DNA of 59,956 nucleotides from a virus (Duplodnaviria; Caudoviricetes): IMG/VR virus record IMGVR_UViG_3300049141_000020, positions 1 to 59,956 of that record; one strand, 5' to 3'. Shown piece by piece: positions 17,940 to 26,412 of this stretch (position 1 is its first letter; each line of letters starts with the position of its first letter). The notes under the pieces were generated by a model. It saw only the letters and a program-made list of their open reading frames with translations, ran no database searches and was not told where the DNA came from. The position numbers and the translations under genes were made by a program.

Positions 17940-18367
17940 CCAGAGGCCCGAAGCCGAAGGACAACGCCCAGCGACGCAACCGGCACGAGCACGCACAGAC
18001 ACTCAGCAGCTCGACCTCGGAGGGCCGAGCCCTACCCCCTGGCCTGGGGATCAAGACGGCCGGCGCCCGGCGCTTCTGGCGGACCTGGGCGACCTCGCCG
18101 CAGGCCGCTAAGTGGGCCGAGACCGACTGGGCAGAGCTGGAGATCACTACTCGCCTGGTGGACGGCTTCTACCAGGGGGACATGAAGCTCGCCGGTGAGA
18201 TCCGTCAGCGCGTCGCCAAATGGGGCGCCACCACGGAAGACCGCGCCCGCCTGCGCATGTCCATCGAGGACCAGGACCAGGGCGACGCCGGCACCGCGGC
18301 CGACAGCCCCGAGCCGACCACCACCACAGACCTAGATGAGGAGCTGTACCGACTCCTGAGCGAATAA
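17936..18367 (+). CDS. Terminase small subunit
   Basis: MTRGPKPK..RRN, AGEIRQRVAKWGATTEDRARLR; directly upstream of the large subunit. Confidence 0.82.
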   Translation: MTRGPKPKDNAQRRNRHEHAQTLSSSTSEGRALPPGLGIKTAGARRFWRTWATSPQAAKWAETDWAELEITTRLVDGFYQGDMKLAGEIRQRVAKWGATTEDRARLRMSIEDQDQGDAGTAADSPEPTTTTDLDEELYRLLSE

Positions 18368-18386
18368 CGAAATGAGGTGACTGCCC

Positions 18387-20005
18387 TTGCAGACAGGCAA
18401 CCTGCCTGAGGGCGTTCCCTCTCCGAAGGAAACGCTCGGGTACGAGGTCATCCGCTGGTGTAGCAAATACATCGTCCAGCCGGATGGAGACAGGGCCGGT
18501 GAGCCCTGGCGATTCACCAAAGAACAACTTCGCTTCGTCCTCTGGTTCTACTCGATCAATGAGGATGGGGGGTGGCGTTACCCAGCTGGCACGCTTCGAC
18601 GTGCAAAAGGCTGGGGCAAGTTAGACGCCACTGCTCGCCACATTGGCGATCGTTGAATTCATTGGGCCTGCTCGGTTCAGTCACTTCAACTCCTACGGCC
18701 TCCCGGTGGCGAAGCCGGTAGCCCTGCCCACTGTGCAGGTTGGTGCGACCGCATTTGAGCAGACTGAACAAACCATGGAATTCATCCGTGGCTGTCTGGC
18801 TGAGTCTCCCGCCGAGAAGGAATACGGCCTCGACATTGGCAAGGCCGTCATCCAGTTCAAGAGCGGTAAGCCCGGCTCGATCAGGCCGAAGGCGACCGCT
18901 GGCAGGACCAATGAGGGGAATCGCCCAACCTTTGTCTGACCCCCGGTAGATCTCCTGCCGGGGGTCAGGCACTGAATGATTTGTACTCATGGACGAGGTC
19001 CACCACTGGGTGGGCTCGAATGGTGGTCCGGAGTTCTTCCAGACTCTCAAGCGCAACGTGGAGAAACTGGCTAAGGCTGGCTCCCGATGGGTGACCACGA
19101 CCAACGCCTACAATCCCACCGAGGACAGCGTTGCTCAGCAGATCCACGAATCCGAAATGGTTCGGATGGGCCTGTGGCTCTATGACTGCCTCGAAGGGGA
19201 CATCGAGCCTGACGAGCTGCGCGACGAGGAGAAGGTTCGCCAGGCCCTCAAGGAGGCGTACGGCGACGCCAGTTGGGCCGACATCGCCGGCCTGACTCGC
19301 ACGATCCTCTTTGACCGCACGACCCCAGACTCGACGTACCTGCGGTTCTACTGCAACCGCATCGCTGAGAGCAGCGACGGCTGGATGTCCAAGGCCGAGT
19401 GGGACGCGTGCTTCGAGGACCAGGACCCCATCAGGCCCGGCGATCAAATTGCAATTGGCTTCGATGGAAGTATCCGCGGAGACAGCACAGGTCTGGTAGG
19501 TGCTCGCCTCAGGGACGGAAAGCTGTTCGTTCTCGGCCTTTGGGAAAACCCAAGGGACCCCAATCAGCCTGACTGGGAAGTCGACGTTCTCTCTGTTGAG
19601 GCCGCTGTTAAGCGGGCCTTCGAGACGTACCGCGTCGAGTGGATGTACGCCGATCCGCCTTACTGGCAGGAAAATATTGGCCGGTGGGCCATTGAGTGGG
19701 GCGACGACTACGTATTCGAGTATTGGACCAACAAGCCTACGCGCATGGTTCAGGCAGTCGAACGCTTCCGCACCGCTGCGATGGTCCAAGACCTGAAGCA
19801 CGGCGGCGACGAAGACCTTACCCGGCACGTTCTGAATGCCGTGGTTCGAGAAGTCCCTCAGGGCTTCCTCATAACAAAGGACTCCCCCCGATCCAAAAAG
19901 AAGATTGACCTCGCGGTCTGCGCCGTTCTGGCGTTTGAGGCCCGCGCTGACGCGATAGCGGATGGTCGTTTGAAGATACGCAGGAGCCGTGTAGTGGGCT
20001 TCTGA
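18387..20005 (+). CDS. Terminase large subunit in three segments: join(18387..18620,18625..18936,18986..20005), ~521 aa
   Basis: Joining restores Walker A RAKGWGK-TPL and Walker B RPTFV-LMDEVH; nuclease motifs GFDGS..DST and KKIDLAV. Confidence 0.88.
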
Positions 20006-20018
20006 GAGAGGCCCGCCT

Positions 20019-21440
20019 ATGATCGTCCCACCCGGAAGCCATACGGCGTTCATAGGTAAGCCGAGCAAGCCGGAAGAGTGGCTGTCGTACCTCTACGGCA
20101 AGCTACCCGGCCCGAATCACCCCTCCCGGCAGTACTCGCAGTACTACGAGGGCGAGCAACAGAAGCTCGCATTCTCCCAGGCTCGATACAAGAGCGTCTT
20201 CAGGGATGTTTTCGAGCAGTGGCGAGACAACTTCTGCGGCATGATCGTAGACGCCACCAACGAGCGTCTGAACGTCGATTCATTCCGCATCCCCGGCGAG
20301 GACGGCACTGACAAGGACGCCCGTGCGTTCTGGCAACGGTCCTCGATGGACGCCTTCTCAACGGCTGTGCACCTTGAGGCCCTGATCCAGGGCCGGTCAT
20401 ACGTCGTCGTCTGGGCGGACCGGGACGGAGAACCGACCATCACGCCCGTTTCGGGCGAGCGCATGGCGGTCTGCTACAAGGCCGGCTCCCTCTGGGAGCT
20501 GGAGGCCGCGGCCCGCTTCGAGCTCGACGCCTGGGGCCGGCAGCAGGTGACCCTCTGGACTGAGGACTACGTCTACGAGGTCGCCTACGGCACCACCGAG
20601 TGGGACCAGGGCGTGACGAGCCCCAACCCCCTCAAGGCCGTGCCGGTGGTGCCCTTCGAGAACCGCGTTCGCCTCGTGGGTGAGCCCTTCTCCGATCTAG
20701 CCAACTGCATCCCCATCCAAGACGCGATCAACAAGATCACCATGGATGCGCTCACTGCAAGTGAGGCAGCGGCATTCCCCCAAAGGTTTGCCACGGGTAT
20801 CGAGATCCGGGAAGACGCGGACGGCAATCCAATTGCCCCGTTCAACGTAGGTGTGGACAAGCTGCTTCAGGCCGAGGACCCTGCCGCTAAATTCGGCTCC
20901 TTCGAAGCCGTGAATTTGCAGAACTATGTGTATCTCGTAGACATGCTGGTCCAGCACCTCGCCAGCGTATCCAGGGTGCCGAGCCATTATTTCCTGGTCA
21001 ACTCGAACAACACCCCTTCTGGTGAGGCCATCATCTCGGCTGAGGCCGGTCTCGTCGCCAAGGTGAAGGAAAGAATGCTCCACTTCGGTGAGGCCTGGGA
21101 AAGAGTGATCAGACTTTGCTTCGCGGTGAAGCGGGACAAGCGCAAGGACGCCTTCGAAATGGAGACGCGTTGGGCCGATCCCGAGTACCGCACTGAAGCC
21201 CAGCACGTTGACGCCTTGCTCAAATTGAAGCAGCTAAACGTGCCTGAAGAGGTTCTGTGGTCTGAGGCTGGCTTCTCCGCCACTCAGATCCAATCCTTCC
21301 GCGAAATGCGAAAGGAAGACGCTAAGGCGGCTGCCGAAGTTCAGAAGCTCATGCCGCAGCCAGAACCGCAGAACCCTGCCGCCAAGCCCCCACAGGGCAA
21401 CTCCGGTAACGCCAACCGGAAGATCAATGAGGCGAAGTAA
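20019..21440 (+). CDS. Portal protein (SPP1 gp6-like)
   Basis: YYEGEQ, NFCGMIVDA, VPVVPFEN, SGEA; follows the terminase. Confidence 0.9.
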   Translation: MIVPPGSHTAFIGKPSKPEEWLSYLYGKLPGPNHPSRQYSQYYEGEQQKLAFSQARYKSVFRDVFEQWRDNFCGMIVDATNERLNVDSFRIPGEDGTDKDARAFWQRSSMDAFSTAVHLEALIQGRSYVVVWADRDGEPTITPVSGERMAVCYKAGSLWELEAAARFELDAWGRQQVTLWTEDYVYEVAYGTTEWDQGVTSPNPLKAVPVVPFENRVRLVGEPFSDLANCIPIQDAINKITMDALTASEAAAFPQRFATGIEIREDADGNPIAPFNVGVDKLLQAEDPAAKFGSFEAVNLQNYVYLVDMLVQHLASVSRVPSHYFLVNSNNTPSGEAIISAEAGLVAKVKERMLHFGEAWERVIRLCFAVKRDKRKDAFEMETRWADPEYRTEAQHVDALLKLKQLNVPEEVLWSEAGFSATQIQSFREMRKEDAKAAAEVQKLMPQPEPQNPAAKPPQGNSGNANRKINEAK

Positions 21441-21485
21441 CCGACCCGCCGAAATGGCATAGGTCCCTTCCGAAATGGATCCCAT

Positions 21486-22031
21486 ATGACGACTCAGAAC
21501 GACAACGACGGCCAGCACGGTTCCGGTACCGGTGAGGGCAACCCTCCGGTGACTCCCCCGGCTCCGCCGACTGGCCCGACTCTGGAAGAGGTCATTGCTG
21601 ACCGCGACCGCTGGAAGGCCTTGTCTCGACAGAACGAGACGAACTACAACCAGACCCGCACTCAGCTTCAGCAGCTCCAGGACGCCCAGCAGGCAGCCGT
21701 CGAGGCCGCCAAGACTGAGGGCCGTACAGCTGCGCTTGGTGAGGTCTCTCAGGAACTCGTGACCGCCGAGCTTCGGCTTCAGGCCGCCACGATCGGCGCC
21801 GAGCTTCCGGACCTCCAGTTCCTCGACCTCAACCGCTTCCAGGGCGAGAACGCGCGTCCCGACTCGGACGCGATCAAGTCGTTCATTGAGTCCCTGCCCA
21901 AGGGGCAGAGTTCCGGATCGGGCTTCCCGCCGCTTGCGGGTGCCGGCCACAACCGAGAAGGAGGCTCGGAGTTCAAGTCATTTGACCCGAGCGAGCTTGC
22001 CGACTTCATCGCAGGCGGGTCCTTTCTCTAA
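21486..22031 (+). CDS. Capsid scaffolding protein
   Basis: WKALSRQNE coiled coil; between portal and capsid. Confidence 0.75.
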   Translation: MTTQNDNDGQHGSGTGEGNPPVTPPAPPTGPTLEEVIADRDRWKALSRQNETNYNQTRTQLQQLQDAQQAAVEAAKTEGRTAALGEVSQELVTAELRLQAATIGAELPDLQFLDLNRFQGENARPDSDAIKSFIESLPKGQSSGSGFPPLAGAGHNREGGSEFKSFDPSELADFIAGGSFL

Positions 22032-22048
22032 GTCTCTCTCTTTCGCTT

Positions 22049-22075
22049 AGCCCTCCACTCCTGGGGGGCTTTTTT
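22049..22075 (+). terminator. Intrinsic terminator-like hairpin before the capsid gene
   Basis: AGCCCTCCA-ctcc-TGGGGGGCT followed by a T run. Confidence 0.6.
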
Positions 22076-22095
22076 CATGCCCTCTTGGAGGCGAC

Positions 22096-23184
22096 TTGGC
22101 TACCACGCATCACTTTAACTTGGACCCCAAGCAGGTAACTATTGCCGCGCTTGGGATTCTCGACCGACAGCTCACTCTCGGCGGTATTCCGGCCCGATAC
22201 TCCGAGCTGAACTTCACCGGTGGAATCGGTGACGTGATCAACGTCAACCGCGAGTCTCGCGGCATTCCGGTGCAGGAGGCGGGCATCTCCTCGCCGATCA
22301 AGAATCCGATCACCGGCGATAAGAATGTCTTCGCCGCGGCCTCGGACCGTGAGCTGCCGGCCGCTGATCGCCGGGCGCCGAATGGCTTCGTCAGCGAGTC
22401 GCGTTTTCCTGTTCAGTTGACGACCCTCGCCCAGAATTCGACGGCCATTGGCATGGAGCAGGTCGCTTTTGACCTGAAGCAGTTCGGTGCTCAGGTTCTC
22501 AGCAAGCTCACCAGGGGTTTTGCGGAATATTTCGATGACACCGTTGCGAACTTCATCAAGCTGAACATCAACCGCTCTTCGCTGACTGTCGCGCAGAAGA
22601 ACGCCGTGGGTGACGACGTCACCGTTTCCATCCCCACTGCGGACGGCACGGCCGAGAACCTCACTCAGCGCGCCCTCGGCATTCGTACCGCGCTGGTCGA
22701 TGCGCGCATGCGCATGAACCTCGCCTTGGTCCCCGCGAGTGAGCGGTATCTGATCGCCGGCCCCGAGGTCGAGGCGATCCTTCTCAAAGACCCGGAATTC
22801 GTTGCCGTCGACTATTCCGGCGACACGAACGCCCTTCGTCGGGCGACTGTCGGCCGAATCTACGGCTTCGACATCGTGATTCACAACTCCTTCGGCCTTG
22901 AGATGTACCTCTTCCACAAGAGCGCCATGCTCATTGCCTCGGCTTGCCCGGCTCTGCCGATGGGTGCCGTTACCGGCTCCATCCAGGCTGTCAACGGGAT
23001 CGCCACGCGAATGCTGGTTGATTACGACTACGGCAAGAAGATGGACACCATCGGGCTCGACACCATGTACGGCCTGGCCACCGTCAAGGAGGACCCCGGC
23101 TACAGCGTCCGGGGTGTCACCATCGGCGAGAAGTTCGTCCGCGGTCTGAAGATTTCCATCACCGAGGTTGCTCCGACTCCCTGA
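22096..23184 (+). CDS. Major capsid protein
   Basis: 362 aa, GGAGG RBS + TTG; GDVINV, VGRIYGFDI, DTMYGLA. Confidence 0.85.
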   Translation: MATTHHFNLDPKQVTIAALGILDRQLTLGGIPARYSELNFTGGIGDVINVNRESRGIPVQEAGISSPIKNPITGDKNVFAAASDRELPAADRRAPNGFVSESRFPVQLTTLAQNSTAIGMEQVAFDLKQFGAQVLSKLTRGFAEYFDDTVANFIKLNINRSSLTVAQKNAVGDDVTVSIPTADGTAENLTQRALGIRTALVDARMRMNLALVPASERYLIAGPEVEAILLKDPEFVAVDYSGDTNALRRATVGRIYGFDIVIHNSFGLEMYLFHKSAMLIASACPALPMGAVTGSIQAVNGIATRMLVDYDYGKKMDTIGLDTMYGLATVKEDPGYSVRGVTIGEKFVRGLKISITEVAPTP

Positions 23185-23201
23185 CGATAAAGGGAGGTTG
23201 A

Positions 23202-23771
23202 ATGCCCCTCGCTACCGTTGACGATGTGGTCGCCCGGCTCGGGCGGCCCGTCACAGACTCCGCGGAAGCAGCCAGGATCTCGGCCTTCATCGCAGACGCC
23301 GTTGGACTCGTCACCGATTACTGCGGGACCGACTTCCAACGGCACACCGCCGAAGCGTTCGACCTGAGGGTTGTTGGGGGCCGGGCTCGCCTGGCCCCCT
23401 TCGTCTTCCCCAACCTGGTCATCTCCGCTGTCACTCTGCACGAGGACACTGGTGACCGCCTCCTCACCGCCGACGAGTGGAAGGTGTGGGACAAGTACCT
23501 GCACTTCCTCAACTCCCCCGAGTACGTCACCGCCACAGTCACAGCCTCATGGGGCTGGACGGCAGTGCCGGCCGCTGTGAGATCGGCCGTCTGCTCTGAG
23601 GTGATTCGGTGGCTCTCTGTCTCTCCAGGCACCGTCATGGAGAGGACCGGAGACCTTCAGGTCGAGTACGCGGCTACCGCATACAACTCGGGCCTCTCGG
23701 AGGCCGCTAAGTCGATGCTGTCCAAGTACCGCCCGCGCTTTGCGTCGATCCCCCTGACTCTCAAGGACTGA
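23202..23771 (+). CDS. Head-to-tail adaptor
   Basis: MPLATVDDVVARLGR, WGWTAVPAAV; position. Confidence 0.75.
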   Translation: MPLATVDDVVARLGRPVTDSAEAARISAFIADAVGLVTDYCGTDFQRHTAEAFDLRVVGGRARLAPFVFPNLVISAVTLHEDTGDRLLTADEWKVWDKYLHFLNSPEYVTATVTASWGWTAVPAAVRSAVCSEVIRWLSVSPGTVMERTGDLQVEYAATAYNSGLSEAAKSMLSKYRPRFASIPLTLKD

Positions 23772-24112
23772 TGGGAGATCCCATGGCGCTGATGAACGAC
23801 CGCATTGAAGTGCGCCGGGCTCCGCTCGTCGAGGACGCATACGGCAGGCACCGGGACTGGGACAGCTTCAGTGTTGTCTGGTCCGGGCTTGGGGCCGGCG
23901 TCCCCTACCTGCGGACCCGCAAGACGGATACGCCCATTCGAGAGACGGCCCTGAGCAAAGCGAAGCTCTACCTCCCCGGCAACGTGGACGTAGACACCGC
24001 TGATCAGATTCTTTTCGCAGGGAAGCTTTGGACGCTCGAAGGCGAGCCCTGGAAATGGAAGATGGGCTCTCGCCAGTACACCATGATCGACGTGAGGGTG
24101 GTGACCAAGTAA
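23771..24112 (+). CDS. Head-to-tail stopper
   Basis: DAYG..DWD, LEGEPWKW; position. Confidence 0.7.
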   Translation: MGDPMALMNDRIEVRRAPLVEDAYGRHRDWDSFSVVWSGLGAGVPYLRTRKTDTPIRETALSKAKLYLPGNVDVDTADQILFAGKLWTLEGEPWKWKMGSRQYTMIDVRVVTK

Positions 24113-24501
24113 TGCCAACTCCGAAGCGAGGAAAGCAGCACACCCGGTACGGCACCAAGGATTTCACGTTCCAGACCGACATGGGGTTCGAGACCAAGCT
24201 AATGCTATCCAGTGAGGTCCGCTCCCTGGTGGTCGCCCAAGTTGCTGAACTGGCCGGTGACATGGTGAAAGCCGCCCCTCGCGGTCCGCATGTGAAGACC
24301 GACGATTACTCGATCAAGAAGAACATCCACCCGTACGTGGAACAGGTGGGGGACGAGTGGGTTGGCTACATCGTCGTTGAAGAGAACGAGCGAGCCAGGC
24401 ACGCGATGCTCCAAGAGCGGGGATATCGCGACCCGTCCGGCAGACGGCATCAAGGACGCTTCTACCTCAAGAAGTCACTGGAGAAGGGGCGTGTCGATTG
24501 A
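24112..24501 (+). CDS. Neck protein (HK97 gp10-like)
   Basis: TAATG overlap; HAMLQERG...YLKKSL. Confidence 0.6.
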   Translation: MPTPKRGKQHTRYGTKDFTFQTDMGFETKLMLSSEVRSLVVAQVAELAGDMVKAAPRGPHVKTDDYSIKKNIHPYVEQVGDEWVGYIVVEENERARHAMLQERGYRDPSGRRHQGRFYLKKSLEKGRVD

Positions 24502-24887
24502 GAGTTGACCCCCTCCCTCTGGTCATCGACTTCCTGAAGACCTGCCCAGACATTCCCGAAGGCGCGGTGACGGGATCTCTCGTCGGCCGCAATGTCGGCG
24601 AGACAACCGTCTACGTCATTCAGTCCGGGGGTTACCGCAGAAGGCGGGACCGGATGGACCGCTTTGACATCCTGTACGACGTCTACGGCCAAAACCCATC
24701 CGAGGCAGGCGCATTGGCGTATGTCGTGCGTGAGTACCTGCTAGAGCAGCTTCCCGACACCTCGATCAAGAGCGCCCTCGTGCTCGATGTCCGGGAGACC
24801 TCTGCCCCCTACTGGCATCCCGACAAGGAAAGCCTTGAGCCCGCATACACGGGCGAAGTCGCTGTGTACCTCACCTCTGACGACTGA
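24498..24887 (+). CDS. Tail terminator
   Basis: Size and position before the major tail gene. Confidence 0.65.
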   Translation: MRVDPLPLVIDFLKTCPDIPEGAVTGSLVGRNVGETTVYVIQSGGYRRRRDRMDRFDILYDVYGQNPSEAGALAYVVREYLLEQLPDTSIKSALVLDVRETSAPYWHPDKESLEPAYTGEVAVYLTSDD

Positions 24888-24954
24888 CGCCAAAACTCCG
24901 CAACGCTGACGGTCCCTTTGGGGGCCGTTTTTTTGTTTCCCCAAAGGAGCCTAT

Positions 24955-25548
24955 ATGCCCAATGTCGATGCCTCGAAGATTCGCTTTGCCCCCAAGGGCA
25001 ACGTGTTCCTTGCCCCCGCAGTAGGCGCAACGCTGCCCAACGCGGTGGGCGATGGCTCTACCGCCCCGACCGGCTACACGTCTCTCGGCTACGTCAGTGA
25101 CGCGGGTGTCGTGATCACGCCGACCATCACCGCTGACCCCGTGAACGTGTGGCAGAGCGCCGCGCCGGCACTCTTCAACGTCTCCGCCGCGACGTTCTCT
25201 GTCCAGGCGACCTTTGCCGAGACCAACATCAACACGACTGAGCTGTTCTACGGCGCCCAGTGGGAGGCGGTCATGTCGACTGACCCGACGCCGATCCCCA
25301 CTGGTACGTGGAAGCTCAACCTGTCGAGCACTCCTGAGCTTCAGGAAATCTCCCTCGTCGTGGACTGGTCCCAGGGCAGCATCCTCAACCGCGTCGTCAT
25401 TCCGCGGGCCATGGTCCAGGACCGAGGGGCCATCACCCTCGTTCGGACCGCGAACCAGGAATACCAGCTGACCCTTGACGCGCTCGACGCTGCCGGAAGC
25501 CTCGGCTACGTGCTGACGAATCAGAACATGGGCGACCCCGCCCCCTGA
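24955..25548 (+). CDS. Major tail protein
   Basis: LGYVSDAGV, VNVWQS; position. Confidence 0.85.
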   Translation: MPNVDASKIRFAPKGNVFLAPAVGATLPNAVGDGSTAPTGYTSLGYVSDAGVVITPTITADPVNVWQSAAPALFNVSAATFSVQATFAETNINTTELFYGAQWEAVMSTDPTPIPTGTWKLNLSSTPELQEISLVVDWSQGSILNRVVIPRAMVQDRGAITLVRTANQEYQLTLDALDAAGSLGYVLTNQNMGDPAP

Positions 25549-25657
25549 TCAGCACTGAATTAATTCCCGCCCCTGCCGGAGAGGGCTCGTATTCTCCGGC
25601 CTCTCTCACCCACCCCAGCCCCTTCGAGGGGCTTTTTGTTGTGCCTCAGGAGACACC

Positions 25658-25990
25658 ATGACTGCTGCCAAGAAGACCGCTGCTAAGAAGCCCGCTGCCG
25701 ACGAGGTGACCGTCGAGGAGACCGAGCTTGTTCCCGATGCTGACGCCGAGCTGGGCGCCGCGGAGGCTGAGGCGAAGGGCGACGTGATCGAGGTCGAGCA
25801 CAACGGCCGGTCCTACGTCCTGCCGGCCCCGTTGGACTACCCGGTGGACGTGGTATTCGCAGAGAACGACTTTGAGGCCGTCCGCATCGTCCTGGGCGAG
25901 GAGCAGTGGCAGGCGTACCGCTCCAGCAAGCCGACCATCCGTGACTTCCAGCTGCTCAACGAGAAGATCAACGAGGCAACGGGAAAGTAA
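25658..25990 (+). CDS. Tail assembly chaperone (G)
   Basis: Ends in slippery G GGA AAG TAA. Confidence 0.85.
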   Translation: MTAAKKTAAKKPAADEVTVEETELVPDADAELGAAEAEAKGDVIEVEHNGRSYVLPAPLDYPVDVVFAENDFEAVRIVLGEEQWQAYRSSKPTIRDFQLLNEKINEATGK

Positions 25991-26403
25991 ACCGGGCCGT
26001 CTACATCCTGCGGAAGTACCCCGAAGAGCTGGAAGCGGACCTGCTTCAGCACTTCGGGGTTGACCTTCTGGACCTGTGGCGTGGACGGCTCTCCCTACGT
26101 CGAATCAACGTCCTGATCGGCTCTCTGCTACTCCAGCCGGGCCGTTCTGTATTGGCGGCCTGCGTCGATGAGACTGCCGAGTGGTCTCAGTCGGAATACC
26201 TGCTCGCCCGTATCTCTGACGCCCTTGAGGTGTCGAACTACCTGTTCTACCAAGCTAATCGGGGCGAAGACTCGGACGACATGGCAGCCCCGACCCCCCT
26301 TCCGCGGCCTGGTCAAGAGGAAGAAGTCCTTGAGCCCGAATCGCCGTCGTATGCCTCATCCGACGAGGTGATGGATTTCTTCAACCGCATGAACAACCTC
26401 TAA
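25658..26403 (+). CDS. Tail assembly chaperone (G-T) via -1 frameshift at GGGAAAG 25981-25987
   Basis: -1 frame open: VNRAVYILRKYPEELEADLLQHFGVDLLDLWRG... to the stop at 26403. Confidence 0.85.
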
Positions 26404-26412
26404 GGGGGACCG

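Noticed and set aside
16430-17940. cos/pac site location
   Set aside because: No recognisable cohesive-end sequence; virion DNA is needed to place it
18937-18985. Intron, intein or IS as the cause of the terminase gap
   Set aside because: Only 49 nt, with stop codons, no catalytic core and no transposase
18387-20005. Terminase as a simple pseudogene
   Set aside because: Not excluded, but disfavoured because both breaks sit in ATPase motifs and carry structured signals, and the other virion genes are intact
25551-25567. Recurring GAATTAATTC-like words (also ~51901, ~52713, ~56532)
   Set aside because: Short AT-rich palindromes with no consistent context
25981-25990. Tail chaperone -1 frameshift as a novelty
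   Set aside because: Real, but a well-known conserved siphovirus feature; listed under features only
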